From positions 1-54,873 of IMG/VR virus record IMGVR_UViG_3300005860_000047: 54,873 nucleotides of DNA; one strand, written 5' to 3'. Each line of letters starts with the position of its first letter. Position 1 is the first letter of the stretch. Source of the stretch: a virus (lineage: Duplodnaviria; Caudoviricetes). Position numbers and translations under genes: made by a program. Of this stretch, positions 25,626-35,682 are shown piece by piece. Under the pieces are notes generated by a model. The model ran no database searches, had not been told where the DNA came from, and saw only the letters and a list, made by a program, of their open reading frames with translations.

Positions 25626-28286
25626 GTGGCCACCGTCGCTCTTGACTATGCCAGAGACGGAAAACCCGTCTCCTATTTAGTCCGCACCCGCGGCGTGGAC
25701 GAAGGTCTTCATCTCCGCAAGGTGGACGGCGCCCGGTGGGACCCGCGCCGCGGCGTATGGGTTTTGCCGCTTGACACCGACTTGGGCGCTTTGCGCCGCC
25801 GTGTTGCGCTTGTTTTTGAGAATGGCGCTGGTGAGTGGTACGAGCAACGTGTGACTAGGCTTGAGGAGCTACGGCGCTTGCACACGGCTAAAGACGCCGA
25901 CGTGCGGTTCGGCGAGGGGCTGGACGGCTATCAGCGCGTCGGCGTTAAATTCCTGGCCACGGCGGGGTCGGCGATTTTAGCGGATGATCTTGGTTTAGGG
26001 AAGGGGCACCCCATTGGGACGCATATATTGACCCCACGAGGATGGCGGCCCATCGAGCAACTCCGCGTGGGTGACAAGGTAATTGGGGCCAACGGGCAAC
26101 CGACGACCGTGGTTGGTGTGTACTGGCGCGGGGTATTGCCCGTATTCCGAGTAACGTTCACAGATGGTGCGTCGGTACTAGTTGACGCTGACCATCTGTG
26201 GGCAGTTAGGACTGTGAACGACCAGCGTCGCGGACTACCTTTTAGAGTCGTGTCGACGCGCCAGCTCATAGGCGACTTGCGATGGGCCTATGGACAACTC
26301 AAATGGCGTATTCCACTAGTCAAGCCTGTAGAATTTGAGAGCGACACGAACTACCCAATCGATCCATATATTCTCGGCGTGTGGCTTGCTGACGGTTCGG
26401 TTGGGCACTCGGTCAAATTCGTGCCTGGCGATGAACGTGTGGCCGAGGAGGTACGTAAGTTGCTTCCTCCCGGTTTAAGCTTGGCCAGGCGTGTTTATAA
26501 ACGAAAGGCCTCAGAGTTTGTTATTGCTTCAGCGCACGCTGGTGCTCCGAACCCTGTGTTCCGCGTACTAAAGAACCTGGGTTTGACGGGCTTGCGCTCA
26601 TACGAACGTTTTATCCCTGAGAGTTACTTGTTGGCGCCTGTTGGTGTACGCTTAGCTCTACTCCAAGGGTTAATGGACTCAGACGGCGAGGTTCGGAAAC
26701 ACGATGGGCACGTAGAGTATGTCACTACATCCAAGGCGTTGGCCGAGGGCGTGGCGTTCCTTGTGCAGAGTTTAGGCGGTACAGTTCGCTGGCATGAGAA
26801 GAAGGCACCTGCTTACATTCACAACGGTGAAAAGCGCCAAGGCAAGTTGGCGTACCGCTTGACTATCGCTATGCCCGACGGACTAGTACCTTTCCGAGTG
26901 AGGGCCGATGAGTATCGCCCGCATATAAAGTATAAACCCAACAGAATTATTGAGTCCATTGAACCCGCAGGTGAAGCAGAAGTAGTTTGCATTGCGGTTG
27001 ATGCGCCTGACCGGCTATATGTAACAGAACATTTTATTGTAACGCACAACACTGCCCAGGCCATCCGCGCCTGCTTGGAAGTCGGAGCACGGCGGGTATT
27101 GGTGGTAACGAAGAAGTCCCTCTTAGCGCAATGGGAGAAGGAAATCGAAAAGTGGGCGAACGGCGAGTTTGCCCGTCTCGCTGCTAGTTCTGGGACTATT
27201 TCCGGCGCGCCTTGGACGGTTGCCAACTACGAAGCGGTAGTCCGCCACGCGGATCGTCTGGCCTCTGTCGGGTTCGACGCGATGATCGTGGACGAGGCTA
27301 CCGCAGTCAAAAACCGCAAGGCGCAACGCTCCAAAGCAATCCACAAGCTGGCCAAGGTTATTCCACACCGCTTTTTGCTGACCGGTACCCCGATCCACAA
27401 CCGCCCTGACGAGCTGTGGTCTTTGCTGCATACTGTCTCCCCTACCCGCTTCACGAGCTACTGGCGGTGGGTTGAGGAGCACTGCGAGACGTGGCCCAAC
27501 CCGTGGGGCGGCGTGGACATCCTCGGCGTGAAAAACCCGAAAAAGCTCTCCGAAGCAATTTACCCGTATCTGCTTCGCCGTACCAAAGAGCTGTTGAACT
27601 TGCCGCCGTTAAGCGAAGAGACAGTTCACATCGATCTCACCGACGAGCAGCGGCGTATTTACCGCGAACTCAAAACCCTGCTTATGTCTAGCATCGGTTC
27701 CCGCATTGTGGTCACGCCTACCGTCTTGAGCCAGCTTACCCGTCTCCGGCAGGTGTGCTGCTCCCCCGCCCTGCTCGGCGGCAAGGACGCCAGCGCGAAG
27801 ACCGAAGCTCTGTTGGACCTATTGGAGGAGTACGCGCCTGACCACAAGGTTCTGGTTTTCACGACGTTCGCCGAGTACGTCCGCCTTCTGCTCCCCGTTC
27901 TTCGGCAGTGGAACCCTGCCTACATCACCGGCGACTTGTCGGCGGCCCAGCGGGAGGCGCAGGTTGCCAGGTTCCGCGACGACCCGACCTGCCGCGTTCT
28001 GGTCGGCACCATAACCGCGATGGGTGAAGGATTGAACCTCCAGGTGGCGGACGTGGTGGTATTTCTCAACAGGGAGTGGGTTCCCGCCTGGAACGAACAG
28101 GCCGTTGGCCGCGCTTATCGGCGCGGGCAGACCAAGCCGGTCCACGTCGTCAACTTGGTCTGCCGAAATACGGTGGAAGAGCGCGTCGAGCGGCTGCTGG
28201 CGGCCAAGGAGAACGTTGTGCGCGAGGTAGATCTGGCGGTCAGGCTTCTAGCTGAACTTAAAACTGATCTTACAGAGGAGGAATGA
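25626..28286 (+). CDS. SNF2-family helicase with intein
   Basis: ADDLGLGK/T, VDEA, LTGTP, GEGLNLQ, QAVGRAYRRGQ. Confidence 0.92.
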   Translation: MATVALDYARDGKPVSYLVRTRGVDEGLHLRKVDGARWDPRRGVWVLPLDTDLGALRRRVALVFENGAGEWYEQRVTRLEELRRLHTAKDADVRFGEGLDGYQRVGVKFLATAGSAILADDLGLGKGHPIGTHILTPRGWRPIEQLRVGDKVIGANGQPTTVVGVYWRGVLPVFRVTFTDGASVLVDADHLWAVRTVNDQRRGLPFRVVSTRQLIGDLRWAYGQLKWRIPLVKPVEFESDTNYPIDPYILGVWLADGSVGHSVKFVPGDERVAEEVRKLLPPGLSLARRVYKRKASEFVIASAHAGAPNPVFRVLKNLGLTGLRSYERFIPESYLLAPVGVRLALLQGLMDSDGEVRKHDGHVEYVTTSKALAEGVAFLVQSLGGTVRWHEKKAPAYIHNGEKRQGKLAYRLTIAMPDGLVPFRVRADEYRPHIKYKPNRIIESIEPAGEAEVVCIAVDAPDRLYVTEHFIVTHNTAQAIRACLEVGARRVLVVTKKSLLAQWEKEIEKWANGEFARLAASSGTISGAPWTVANYEAVVRHADRLASVGFDAMIVDEATAVKNRKAQRSKAIHKLAKVIPHRFLLTGTPIHNRPDELWSLLHTVSPTRFTSYWRWVEEHCETWPNPWGGVDILGVKNPKKLSEAIYPYLLRRTKELLNLPPLSEETVHIDLTDEQRRIYRELKTLLMSSIGSRIVVTPTVLSQLTRLRQVCCSPALLGGKDASAKTEALLDLLEEYAPDHKVLVFTTFAEYVRLLLPVLRQWNPAYITGDLSAAQREAQVARFRDDPTCRVLVGTITAMGEGLNLQVADVVVFLNREWVPAWNEQAVGRAYRRGQTKPVHVVNLVCRNTVEERVERLLAAKENVVREVDLAVRLLAELKTDLTEEE
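26004..27050 (+). mobile_element. Intein (349 aa), class-3-type, with LAGLIDADG domain
   Basis: Begins GHPIGTHILTP; DHLW; VVCIAVD; ends FIVTHN/T; LGVWLADG and LQGLMDSDG. Confidence 0.9.
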
Positions 28287-28290
28287 GACT

Positions 28291-28623
28291 GTGGGTCGCA
28301 GCTTGTCGTTTGCAGACATTTGTGAGTGTGGAGAAGTCGAGGTCGAAATTCCACTGGCGTGGGCGCTGTTGTACGAGGTCTGCATGCACATAGCGCGGGA
28401 GGTTCACGCGCGGCCTGCGTGGGAGGCGGAGGCAAAGCGACTCGCTTGCCGCATCAGCAGGATGATTTCCTGCGACGCTGTAGTCGATAGCACCATAAGC
28501 ATGTATGCCTTGCTTGTCGTGCTTTTCGCCTACTTGGCTACGGCTGTGGAAACTGGCGCTTTAGAGGTCATCGACATGGGAGGGGGTGATGGCGGATGCC
28601 GGTCCGCGACCTGGCTGAACTAG
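28291..28623 (+). CDS. Hypothetical protein
   Basis: GGAGGA RBS. Confidence 0.5.
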   Translation: MGRSLSFADICECGEVEVEIPLAWALLYEVCMHIAREVHARPAWEAEAKRLACRISRMISCDAVVDSTISMYALLVVLFAYLATAVETGALEVIDMGGGDGGCRSATWLN

Positions 28624-28823
28624 CTTACGAGGCCGAGCGCTACGGTTACGTTCTGGTCCGGTGGGACGCCGTGGACCGGGCGCTTGAGGCGGGCGTGATC
28701 TCGGAGGACGACCTTTTCTAGATGGAGACGGCCGGCATGGGAGATTTGCCGGCCTGCGACGGGCAGGGAGGTATTAACACCTCCTACTGTCCAGTTTACA
28801 GGATTTGGAAGGGAAGTGTCAAG

Positions 28824-29672
28824 ATGGTCGAAATCCACGCGAGCCAGATCACGACTTACAAGACGTGCCCGAGGATGTACCGTTTCAGGTACGTTGACCG
28901 CCTCGTGCCCAAGGTCGAGAGCGAAAAGCTCGTCTTAGGCAAGGGCGGCCACCGGGCGCTGCAGGCGTATTACTCCGGCCAAGACCCTCTGGGTACCTAC
29001 GACGCCTGGGCAGAGGAGCAGCTTGCCCGTTTCAGCTCCGTCGCTTGGCCGGACGAGCTGGCTAAGATCGAAGACCAGCTGGCGCTCGGGCGCAAGCTCG
29101 TCGCCTATTATGTCGAGTGGGCAAGGCAGAATGACAGCTTTCGTGTCTTGAGCACCGAGCAACAGTTCCGGGTGCCGGTGTGGTCGCCGAAGGGCAAGAA
29201 AGTCCCCGGTGTGTGGCACGCCGGGACCTACGACGGCATTGCCGAGGACGTTTACGGCAACCTGTGGCTGCTGGAGCACAAGTTCTACAACCACTTTCCA
29301 AGCGAGACGGAGCTACGCCTGAACGAGCAGGCCGGTTATTACTTGCTGGCGGCCGTGCAGCTATTCCCGGATCGCGTCGTGCGAGGCGTGATTTATACCG
29401 TGATCCGCAAGGCCGACCCGGACCGTGCGAAGGACGACGTGGTGCGGCGCTGGTGGGTGCAGCGCAACGAGCACGAAATCGCCGCCCTGCGCGACAGGCT
29501 CTATTACGCTTACCGCGCCATCGCCAGCGACAAGGTTTGGGCGCCGTCGCCGGGGTTCCACTGCACCTGGCAGTGCGCTTACACCCGCTTGTGCCTAGCC
29601 GAGGATGATGGTTCCGACATTAAGGAGCTTGTGGACGCTTTCTACACCACGGAGGAGGAGGCTGCTGCATGA
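28824..29672 (+). CDS. PD-(D/E)XK exonuclease (RecB/Cas4-like fold)
   Basis: SQITTYKTCPR; GTYDGI; LEHK; Q..YY; HCTWQCAYTRLC. Confidence 0.85.
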   Translation: MVEIHASQITTYKTCPRMYRFRYVDRLVPKVESEKLVLGKGGHRALQAYYSGQDPLGTYDAWAEEQLARFSSVAWPDELAKIEDQLALGRKLVAYYVEWARQNDSFRVLSTEQQFRVPVWSPKGKKVPGVWHAGTYDGIAEDVYGNLWLLEHKFYNHFPSETELRLNEQAGYYLLAAVQLFPDRVVRGVIYTVIRKADPDRAKDDVVRRWWVQRNEHEIAALRDRLYYAYRAIASDKVWAPSPGFHCTWQCAYTRLCLAEDDGSDIKELVDAFYTTEEEAAA

Positions 29673-29819
29673 CGGTCTGCGTTGGTATCCGCAAAGTGAA
29701 TCGCTTAGGGCGTATTACTCTACCATACTCCGTAATCGGTGGGTGGTATGGCAAGTATGTCTCAATCTGGACGGACGGCGAGTGCATCTTTATCAAGCCT
29801 TTGGAGGAGGTGAAGTAAG

Positions 29820-30587
29820 ATGGCCGTGCTTGAGCAGGAGGTCCTAACCCCGCCGCGCCGCGCGGTGCCGAAGCTGCGCCGGGCAAGCGAAAGGGAGGTG
29901 CTGGTGAAGGCGCTGATCTATGGCGAACCCGGCGCGGGCAAGACCTACCTAGCCTGCACCGCGCCCAATCCGATCATTTTACTGACGGAGCCTGCGGTCT
30001 CTGACGCCACCATGCTGGCCGTGCGCCGGGACTTGGGCGTGGACCCCGCGGTGTGGGAAATCCACACCTGGGAAGACCTGGAGGAAGCCTACGAGTACCT
30101 GCAAGGCGGGCAGCACGAGTTCACCACAATCGTAATCGACAGCTTCACCGACCTCTGCCGCCGCCTGATCCGCTCCGTGTTAGACGCGGCCACGGCGAAG
30201 CGGGCGAGCCACGACCCGGACATCCTGGAGCAGGGCGATTGGCAGCGCGTAGGCGAGCGGTTGCGGTACATCGCGAGGCTCTTCCGCGACTTGCCCTACG
30301 ACGTGGTTTTCACCGCGCTTGTAATGGAAATCCAGTCGGAAATGCTGAAGGTCCCCTACGTCCAGCCCAAGTCGGTGGCCCGCGAATTGGCAGCGTACTG
30401 CAACCTGGTCGGTTACCTAGGCGTGTTGCCTGAGGGAGATAGGTATACACGGCTCTTGCAGGTGGAGCAGTCTGCCACGGCGGTTGCCAAAAACCCCGGC
30501 GGCACGCTCCCGCCTGTAGTGCGGCATCCGAATTTGACCGAGATTTTTAAAGCGGTGAAGGGAGGCTTGCCACACAATGGCTGTTAA
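29820..30587 (+). CDS. Sak4-like (AAA_24) ATPase
   Basis: YGEPGAGKT; TIVIDS. Confidence 0.85.
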   Translation: MAVLEQEVLTPPRRAVPKLRRASEREVLVKALIYGEPGAGKTYLACTAPNPIILLTEPAVSDATMLAVRRDLGVDPAVWEIHTWEDLEEAYEYLQGGQHEFTTIVIDSFTDLCRRLIRSVLDAATAKRASHDPDILEQGDWQRVGERLRYIARLFRDLPYDVVFTALVMEIQSEMLKVPYVQPKSVARELAAYCNLVGYLGVLPEGDRYTRLLQVEQSATAVAKNPGGTLPPVVRHPNLTEIFKAVKGGLPHNGC

Positions 30588-31041
30588 AGTACTGCTGAAC
30601 TTCGATGGTGTGGAGGATTACGAGTTTACGGTAGTCCCGGCGGGCGTCTACAACGCTACTGTGGACACCAGCCAGACGGAGCTGCTGCAAAGTCAAGGCG
30701 GCAACAACTACCTGACGATCCGCTTTGCGATCGCCGACGGCGAGTACCAGGGCGTGAAGGTCCTGGAACGGTTCTCGCTCCAGCCGAAGGCTTTGTGGAA
30801 GCTGAAGAGACTTTTGAAGGCCGTTGGCTACCCGATCCCAAGCGGCCAATTCGCCTTCGACGCCGCCGCGATCCACGGCCGACCCGTCAGGATTAAGGTT
30901 TCGGTGGAAACGTATGAGGGCCGCGAGCGGAATCGAGTTGAGGACTTCGCTCCGCTCGGTGGCAACGGCGAGGCGCTGGCACCGCACATCGCTGAGACAA
31001 CGGCCACCCCTCAACAGCCGGCTGCTAGGTTGCCATTCTAA
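30577..31041 (+). CDS. Single-stranded DNA-binding protein (DUF669-like)
   Basis: VPAGVYNATV; SQGGNNYL; ALWKLKRLL; terminal LPF. Confidence 0.8.
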   Translation: MAVKVLLNFDGVEDYEFTVVPAGVYNATVDTSQTELLQSQGGNNYLTIRFAIADGEYQGVKVLERFSLQPKALWKLKRLLKAVGYPIPSGQFAFDAAAIHGRPVRIKVSVETYEGRERNRVEDFAPLGGNGEALAPHIAETTATPQQPAARLPF

Positions 31042-31133
31042 GGCAGGGCGGCAACCCCGTGCGGTTGCCGCCGTACATACGCGGCGCGGCGCAAGGTCGC
31101 CGCGTTGCTTTCCCACAACCGGAGGAAGCAGCA

Positions 31134-33053
31134 ATGCTCGAACACGTTGCCAACTACCTCCAACTCGGTTTGTACGTCCTACCCGTTTGCTGGCCCGACG
31201 AGCGTGGCCTCTGCGCCTGCGGCAAGGGCCATACGGGCCGCGCCGTCGGCAAGGCGCCTCTGCTGTTGCACGGCCACCTGGACGCCTCCCGTGACCCGCT
31301 CCAGGTGTCGCGGTGGTGGAATCAGTGGCCGATGGCCAACGTCGCCGCCGCGCTATGGCCGTCGCGGCTGGTGGTGCTCGACCTCGACAGCGAGGAAGCC
31401 GTCGAAGAAGCCCGCCGCCTCGGCCTGCCGGAGAACGCGCCGTGCGCCGTCACGGGCGGCGGCGGCAGGCAGTATTACTTCCGCCGCCCCGAAGGGGTCG
31501 GCCCCGTGCGCCGGACCAAACGCGGCGAGGCCCGTGCGATCGACGTTCTCACTGATGGGTACACGATCCTGCCTCCGAGCCGCCACGCCAGCGGCGGTGT
31601 TTACCGGTGGCTCGTGCCGCTGGCTCCGGTGGATGAGCTGCCGGAGCCGCCGGATTGGGTTATCCGGTTGCTTTTTGAAAAACAGTACGCCGCCGACGAG
31701 GACCCGGAGCTGGGTCCGCCGCCAGCGGAGGGCGAGGCGGAAGCGGCGGTCAAGGCTCTGCGCTCTGTAGTCGGCCTCCTGCCCAAGCGGGCACAGGACT
31801 TGATCGACAACTACGTGGTCACCGACGACCGCTCCGGGCAGGCCTGGGAACTGGGGCGGCTGCTCGTGGAGCGCGGCGTGCGCGACCCGCGGACGCTGGC
31901 CGCGGTCCTTTACGCCAGCGGCATCCATAAGTCCAAATGGGAAGAGCGGCGCGACCGCTGGCAGGATTGCTGCCGCATCGCCGCCCGGTGCCTGGACGCC
32001 GCGCTGGCCGACGTGGAGGCCGCTGCCGCCGATCCCCTGGCCGGGATAATCGTCCCCGGCGAGACGTGGATCGAGCGGACCGCCGACCTGGAATGGTTGT
32101 GGTATCCCTTCCTGGCGCGGGGCCTCTCGACTACAATCGCCGGAGGCGTGCGACGCGGCAAGACGACCTTCGTATCCGGCCTGCTGGCCCTCCTTACCGG
32201 CGGCGTCGGCGGAAGCGGCGCCGAAGGCATAGACCTCGGACCCATGTACATCGGCTACCCCGTCAGGCCCCTCACCGGGCGGGCGCTCCTCGTCAGCGAG
32301 GAGCACCAATCGGTCTGGCGCAAGCGGGCGCCTATAAACTGGCGGCTCGTGGACGTTGTGGAGGACTACGCCGCGCTTACGGGCGCCGAGAGCACCTGGG
32401 AGCGCTTCCTGGCGGAGATACGTTCCGGCCACTGGCAGCTGGTCATTATCGACAGCCTGGATGTGCTGGTGACCGCGAGAGGCGCCAGGAGCGAGAACGA
32501 CGCCGTGGACGTGACGCGGGTGGTGTCGCCGCTGCTCTCCGCCTGCCGCGTGAGCGACACGGCCCTCTTGCTCCTCGACCACGCTTCCAAGGCGCAGGCA
32601 GACACCGGCGGCGTGGACTCCGTGCGCGGTTCTTCGGCCAAAACCGGCAGGTCGGACGTGGTGGTTACGCTGGCCGAGCCGTATGAGATGAAGAATTCGC
32701 GCTACCGCCTGCTCACGGCTCGGTCCAGGTACGACCTGCCGGGAGTGCCGGAAGACGGCCTCGTGGTCGCGTACAACCCCGAGACGCGCCTGTACGACCC
32801 GGTGTGCCCGTACTCGGAGTGGAAGGAAGCAAAGCGCGAGCAGAAGATCGCCGGCCGGGAAAAGGCCGTGCTCGAAGCGCTGGTCGACGGTCCGAAGAAC
32901 GCAACCGAAATCGCCGATGCACTTGACCTGTCTAGGCGGACGGTCACAGAGCGGCTCAAAGAGCTTGCTAAGAAGGGCGTCGTGGTGTCTTGGACTGCCA
33001 AGGACGGCAAGACGAAAGTTTACGCCCTTTCCGAGGGTGGTGACGGCGAGTGA
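31134..33053 (+). CDS. Prim-Pol primase fused to an AAA helicase-like domain
   Basis: VLDLD; PPSRHASG; GGVRRGKT; IIDSL; DHASK; RGSSA; C-terminal wHTH. Confidence 0.85.
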   Translation: MLEHVANYLQLGLYVLPVCWPDERGLCACGKGHTGRAVGKAPLLLHGHLDASRDPLQVSRWWNQWPMANVAAALWPSRLVVLDLDSEEAVEEARRLGLPENAPCAVTGGGGRQYYFRRPEGVGPVRRTKRGEARAIDVLTDGYTILPPSRHASGGVYRWLVPLAPVDELPEPPDWVIRLLFEKQYAADEDPELGPPPAEGEAEAAVKALRSVVGLLPKRAQDLIDNYVVTDDRSGQAWELGRLLVERGVRDPRTLAAVLYASGIHKSKWEERRDRWQDCCRIAARCLDAALADVEAAAADPLAGIIVPGETWIERTADLEWLWYPFLARGLSTTIAGGVRRGKTTFVSGLLALLTGGVGGSGAEGIDLGPMYIGYPVRPLTGRALLVSEEHQSVWRKRAPINWRLVDVVEDYAALTGAESTWERFLAEIRSGHWQLVIIDSLDVLVTARGARSENDAVDVTRVVSPLLSACRVSDTALLLLDHASKAQADTGGVDSVRGSSAKTGRSDVVVTLAEPYEMKNSRYRLLTARSRYDLPGVPEDGLVVAYNPETRLYDPVCPYSEWKEAKREQKIAGREKAVLEALVDGPKNATEIADALDLSRRTVTERLKELAKKGVVVSWTAKDGKTKVYALSEGGDGE

Positions 33054-33346
33054 GCTACATTCCTCGCTGGTTGCCTTGCGGCGTGGAAGTCAACAAGAAC
33101 TGGCGGCGCGGCATGCCGCTGGAGTGCTGCCGCACGGTCTGCCCCGACAAGCCGAACGCCGCGATAGACCGTTGCTACAAACTCCACTTCAACCGCCTAA
33201 AACGCATGTTGATGAAGGCTGGCATTCGGCCGAAGGAAGAAGAAGCATGGTTTGAGATTAAAGACGCTTACTTCCGCCTGAAAAAGGAAAAGGAGGCGAA
33301 TGCTGGTGGAGAGGGACGTCAAAGTGCATCCATGGTATCACAGTAG
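33050..33346 (+). CDS. Hypothetical protein
   Basis: Coupled ORF. Confidence 0.5.
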   Translation: MSYIPRWLPCGVEVNKNWRRGMPLECCRTVCPDKPNAAIDRCYKLHFNRLKRMLMKAGIRPKEEEAWFEIKDAYFRLKKEKEANAGGEGRQSASMVSQ

Positions 33347-33584
33347 CTACCCCTGGTGGGCTTGGGGTTATTACACGGCTGCGTTGCGAGGCGAAGTCCC
33401 GAAGGAGGTGTCCACAGAGAACGTTTACCTGTGGATTGAGAAAAGCCCCCTATGGCCGAGGGTGAAGAAAGCGTTGACTAGAGTGTGCCTCAAGGACGGA
33501 GTTGAAGATGCTCTAGACACCTGGAAGCGGAAAATGGCGACGGCCGTTGTGAAGCACTTGAAGGCCGTAGGACTGGCGAGGTGA
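33300..33584 (+). CDS. Hypothetical protein
   Basis: AAGGAGG RBS. Confidence 0.55.
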   Translation: MLVERDVKVHPWYHSSYPWWAWGYYTAALRGEVPKEVSTENVYLWIEKSPLWPRVKKALTRVCLKDGVEDALDTWKRKMATAVVKHLKAVGLAR

Positions 33585-34273
33585 CCGCCGTGGACGTTAA
33601 ATTGCTTGCCTATACGCCCGAGCCTATCCGGGTGCTGTGGACTGCCGCCAGAACGTGTTACTCGGCAGATATGCCGCAGGAACTGTGGGAAGATTATCCC
33701 TACGTCCTGGGATGCCAGCATGAAGAGTGCGGTCCTAACAAAGTTATTAAGCTTTTGCGGTCGCTGTGGGAACGCGGCCACCACAGCGTGTTTGAGCACG
33801 TCAGCTTCACCTACGCCGTTAGCGGCGTCTCCCGCGTGCTGTTGGCCCAGTACAGCCGCCACCGCATAGGCGTGAGCCTGTCGGTGCAGAGCCAGCGGCA
33901 CATGGTCGTCGGCGGCGCTCTAGAAGCACTGCCTGTAGTATTTCCGAAGCGCATCAGCCCCGACATTTTCGAGGTTTACTCGCGGACGGTGGAAACGGCG
34001 TTTGAGGGGTACCGCGACCTGATCAATGCAGGGGTGCCGGCCGAGGACGCCAGGTTCTTGCTTCCGCAGGCAGTAGTTACAAACTTCGTCACCACAGTCA
34101 ACCTACGCTCTCTCATGTACCTGTATCGGGTGCGGGTGCTGGAGCCGGGAGCGCAATGGGAGATCAGGGCGCTGGTACAGCGCATGGTAGAGTTGGCGGG
34201 CGAAGCTGTGCCGGAGCTTGGGTTGGTGATACCCGAGGTACGAAGAGAGGTGAGACAGGATGCCGGAGCGTGA
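33581..34273 (+). CDS. thyX: Flavin-dependent thymidylate synthase
   Basis: GHHSVFEH; RHR-X7-SQR; EDARFLLP; AQWEIR. Confidence 0.92.
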   Translation: MTAVDVKLLAYTPEPIRVLWTAARTCYSADMPQELWEDYPYVLGCQHEECGPNKVIKLLRSLWERGHHSVFEHVSFTYAVSGVSRVLLAQYSRHRIGVSLSVQSQRHMVVGGALEALPVVFPKRISPDIFEVYSRTVETAFEGYRDLINAGVPAEDARFLLPQAVVTNFVTTVNLRSLMYLYRVRVLEPGAQWEIRALVQRMVELAGEAVPELGLVIPEVRREVRQDAGA

Positions 34274-34754
34274 CTGGCAGGCGGACTGGGAATTGTGTCA
34301 GCAAGCTGACCTTCGCAGTATGAAGGAGGTTCTCTATGAAATAGTTCAGAAACTCGAACGCACCGAGCATAGTGGACACTGGTATGTGCTAAAAGACGAA
34401 ACGCCAAAGTGTTTGGAAAATGCTAGGTTCCTATACGAGGCTTGCTCCGGCTGGCCCGCCGCCCTTGAGGAGCGGGCGCGGCTGGAGGCAAGGGTGCGGG
34501 AGTTAGAGGCGCGGATAAAGTCGTTAGAAGACGGTTTGTTCTACCAGGCAGAGGTCGCAAGCAAATTGGAGGAAGAAAACCGCCGCCTCAAGGCTTTGGC
34601 GGAGGCGGCGCGGGAGTTTCTGCACAAGTGCAGTTTCGATGAGTGCTCGCCCTGCGCCGATCCATCGGACTGGCGGATGTGCGCTGAGGCCTGTCCTGTT
34701 GAAAAACTCCGCGAGGCCCTGGCGGCGCTGGAGGAGGCGAATACCAATGCCTGA
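34260..34754 (+). CDS. Coiled-coil hypothetical protein
   Basis: RDWQADWELC...NARFLYEACSGWPAAL. Confidence 0.6.
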   Translation: MPERDWQADWELCQQADLRSMKEVLYEIVQKLERTEHSGHWYVLKDETPKCLENARFLYEACSGWPAALEERARLEARVRELEARIKSLEDGLFYQAEVASKLEEENRRLKALAEAAREFLHKCSFDECSPCADPSDWRMCAEACPVEKLREALAALEEANTNA

Positions 34755-35079
34755 ACTGAACGTCAGTAAGGAGGACTGGGGTTTAAAGGTATTTGCCAAA
34801 TGCGTGTGCCACGCCCATGCTGTGGAGGTTAGTTGGTTCCAAAAAGATGACGGCACCTATGACGACGAGATTTTTCTTAGCTTCTGGCACCACGGCCACC
34901 AGGATTACACCCTGTGGGAGCGGGTTAAGATGGCGTGGCGAATATTGACGGGCCACACGGTTGAGATAGACGAGATAATCCTTGACCGCGAAGAGGCCAA
35001 ACAACTGGGCGAGGCGCTGGCGAGGGCGGCGGAGGAACTGCCCAAATGTGATGAGCGGGAGGGTAGCCGGGATGTCTAA
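34747..35079 (+). CDS. Hypothetical protein
   Basis: GGAGGAGG RBS. Confidence 0.6.
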   Translation: MPELNVSKEDWGLKVFAKCVCHAHAVEVSWFQKDDGTYDDEIFLSFWHHGHQDYTLWERVKMAWRILTGHTVEIDEIILDREEAKQLGEALARAAEELPKCDEREGSRDV

Positions 35080-35260
35080 CTTCCAGATCACATGTCTCAA
35101 GTGTGGCAGGCAACTCTCGATTAGGAACGTTTGGTGGAAGCCGTTGTTCAACAAGGACGGGGCAGTAACGGGGATGCGGGTACAGTTGGAATGCGCGTGC
35201 GGCAACGCGGAAGGATATGTAGACTTTGCTGGTGACGAAGGTGAGGAGGCGAAAGAGTGA
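35072..35260 (+). CDS. Small zinc-ribbon protein
   Basis: CLKC...CACG. Confidence 0.5.
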   Translation: MSNFQITCLKCGRQLSIRNVWWKPLFNKDGAVTGMRVQLECACGNAEGYVDFAGDEGEEAKE

Positions 35261-35682
35261 TGCAGGAACGCATCTGTCCCGCCTGCAACCGCCTCTGTTA
35301 CTCGGCGGCGACGACCGAAGTGTGGCGGTGTCCGTACTGTGGGGCGGAGATGCCGCCACCCGTAAACCCTAACAACGACAGCCTAGACGATCTTTGGGCG
35401 TGGGGAAACGCAGTAGCTGAGCTAATTAGGAAGAGGCAAGCCGTCCTACTTGAGCGATTGGCCGAACTTGAACACGAGCAGTGGATGGCCTGGGCAAGAA
35501 CGCTCATGGAAACTGAGCAACTATCGGAGGAAAGGCGCAAACGGTGGCAGCAGTACATGGTGCCGTATGCCGAGTTGCCAGAGGACGTCAAAGAACATGA
35601 CAGAGTATGGGCAAGGAAGGCGGTTGCGATAGTGAGCGAGTGGTTGCATGGAGTGACGAAGGATGCAGGACAAGGCGACTGA
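35257..35682 (+). CDS. Zinc ribbon + RyR-domain-like protein
   Basis: CPAC/CPYC; LAELEHEQW...VPYAELPEDVKEHDR. Confidence 0.6.
   Translation: MMQERICPACNRLCYSAATTEVWRCPYCGAEMPPPVNPNNDSLDDLWAWGNAVAELIRKRQAVLLERLAELEHEQWMAWARTLMETEQLSEERRKRWQQYMVPYAELPEDVKEHDRVWARKAVAIVSEWLHGVTKDAGQGD

Noticed and set aside
28824-29672. CRISPR Cas4 linked to the arrays
   Set aside because: Sits in a standard exonuclease-Sak4-SSB recombination module about 7 kb away
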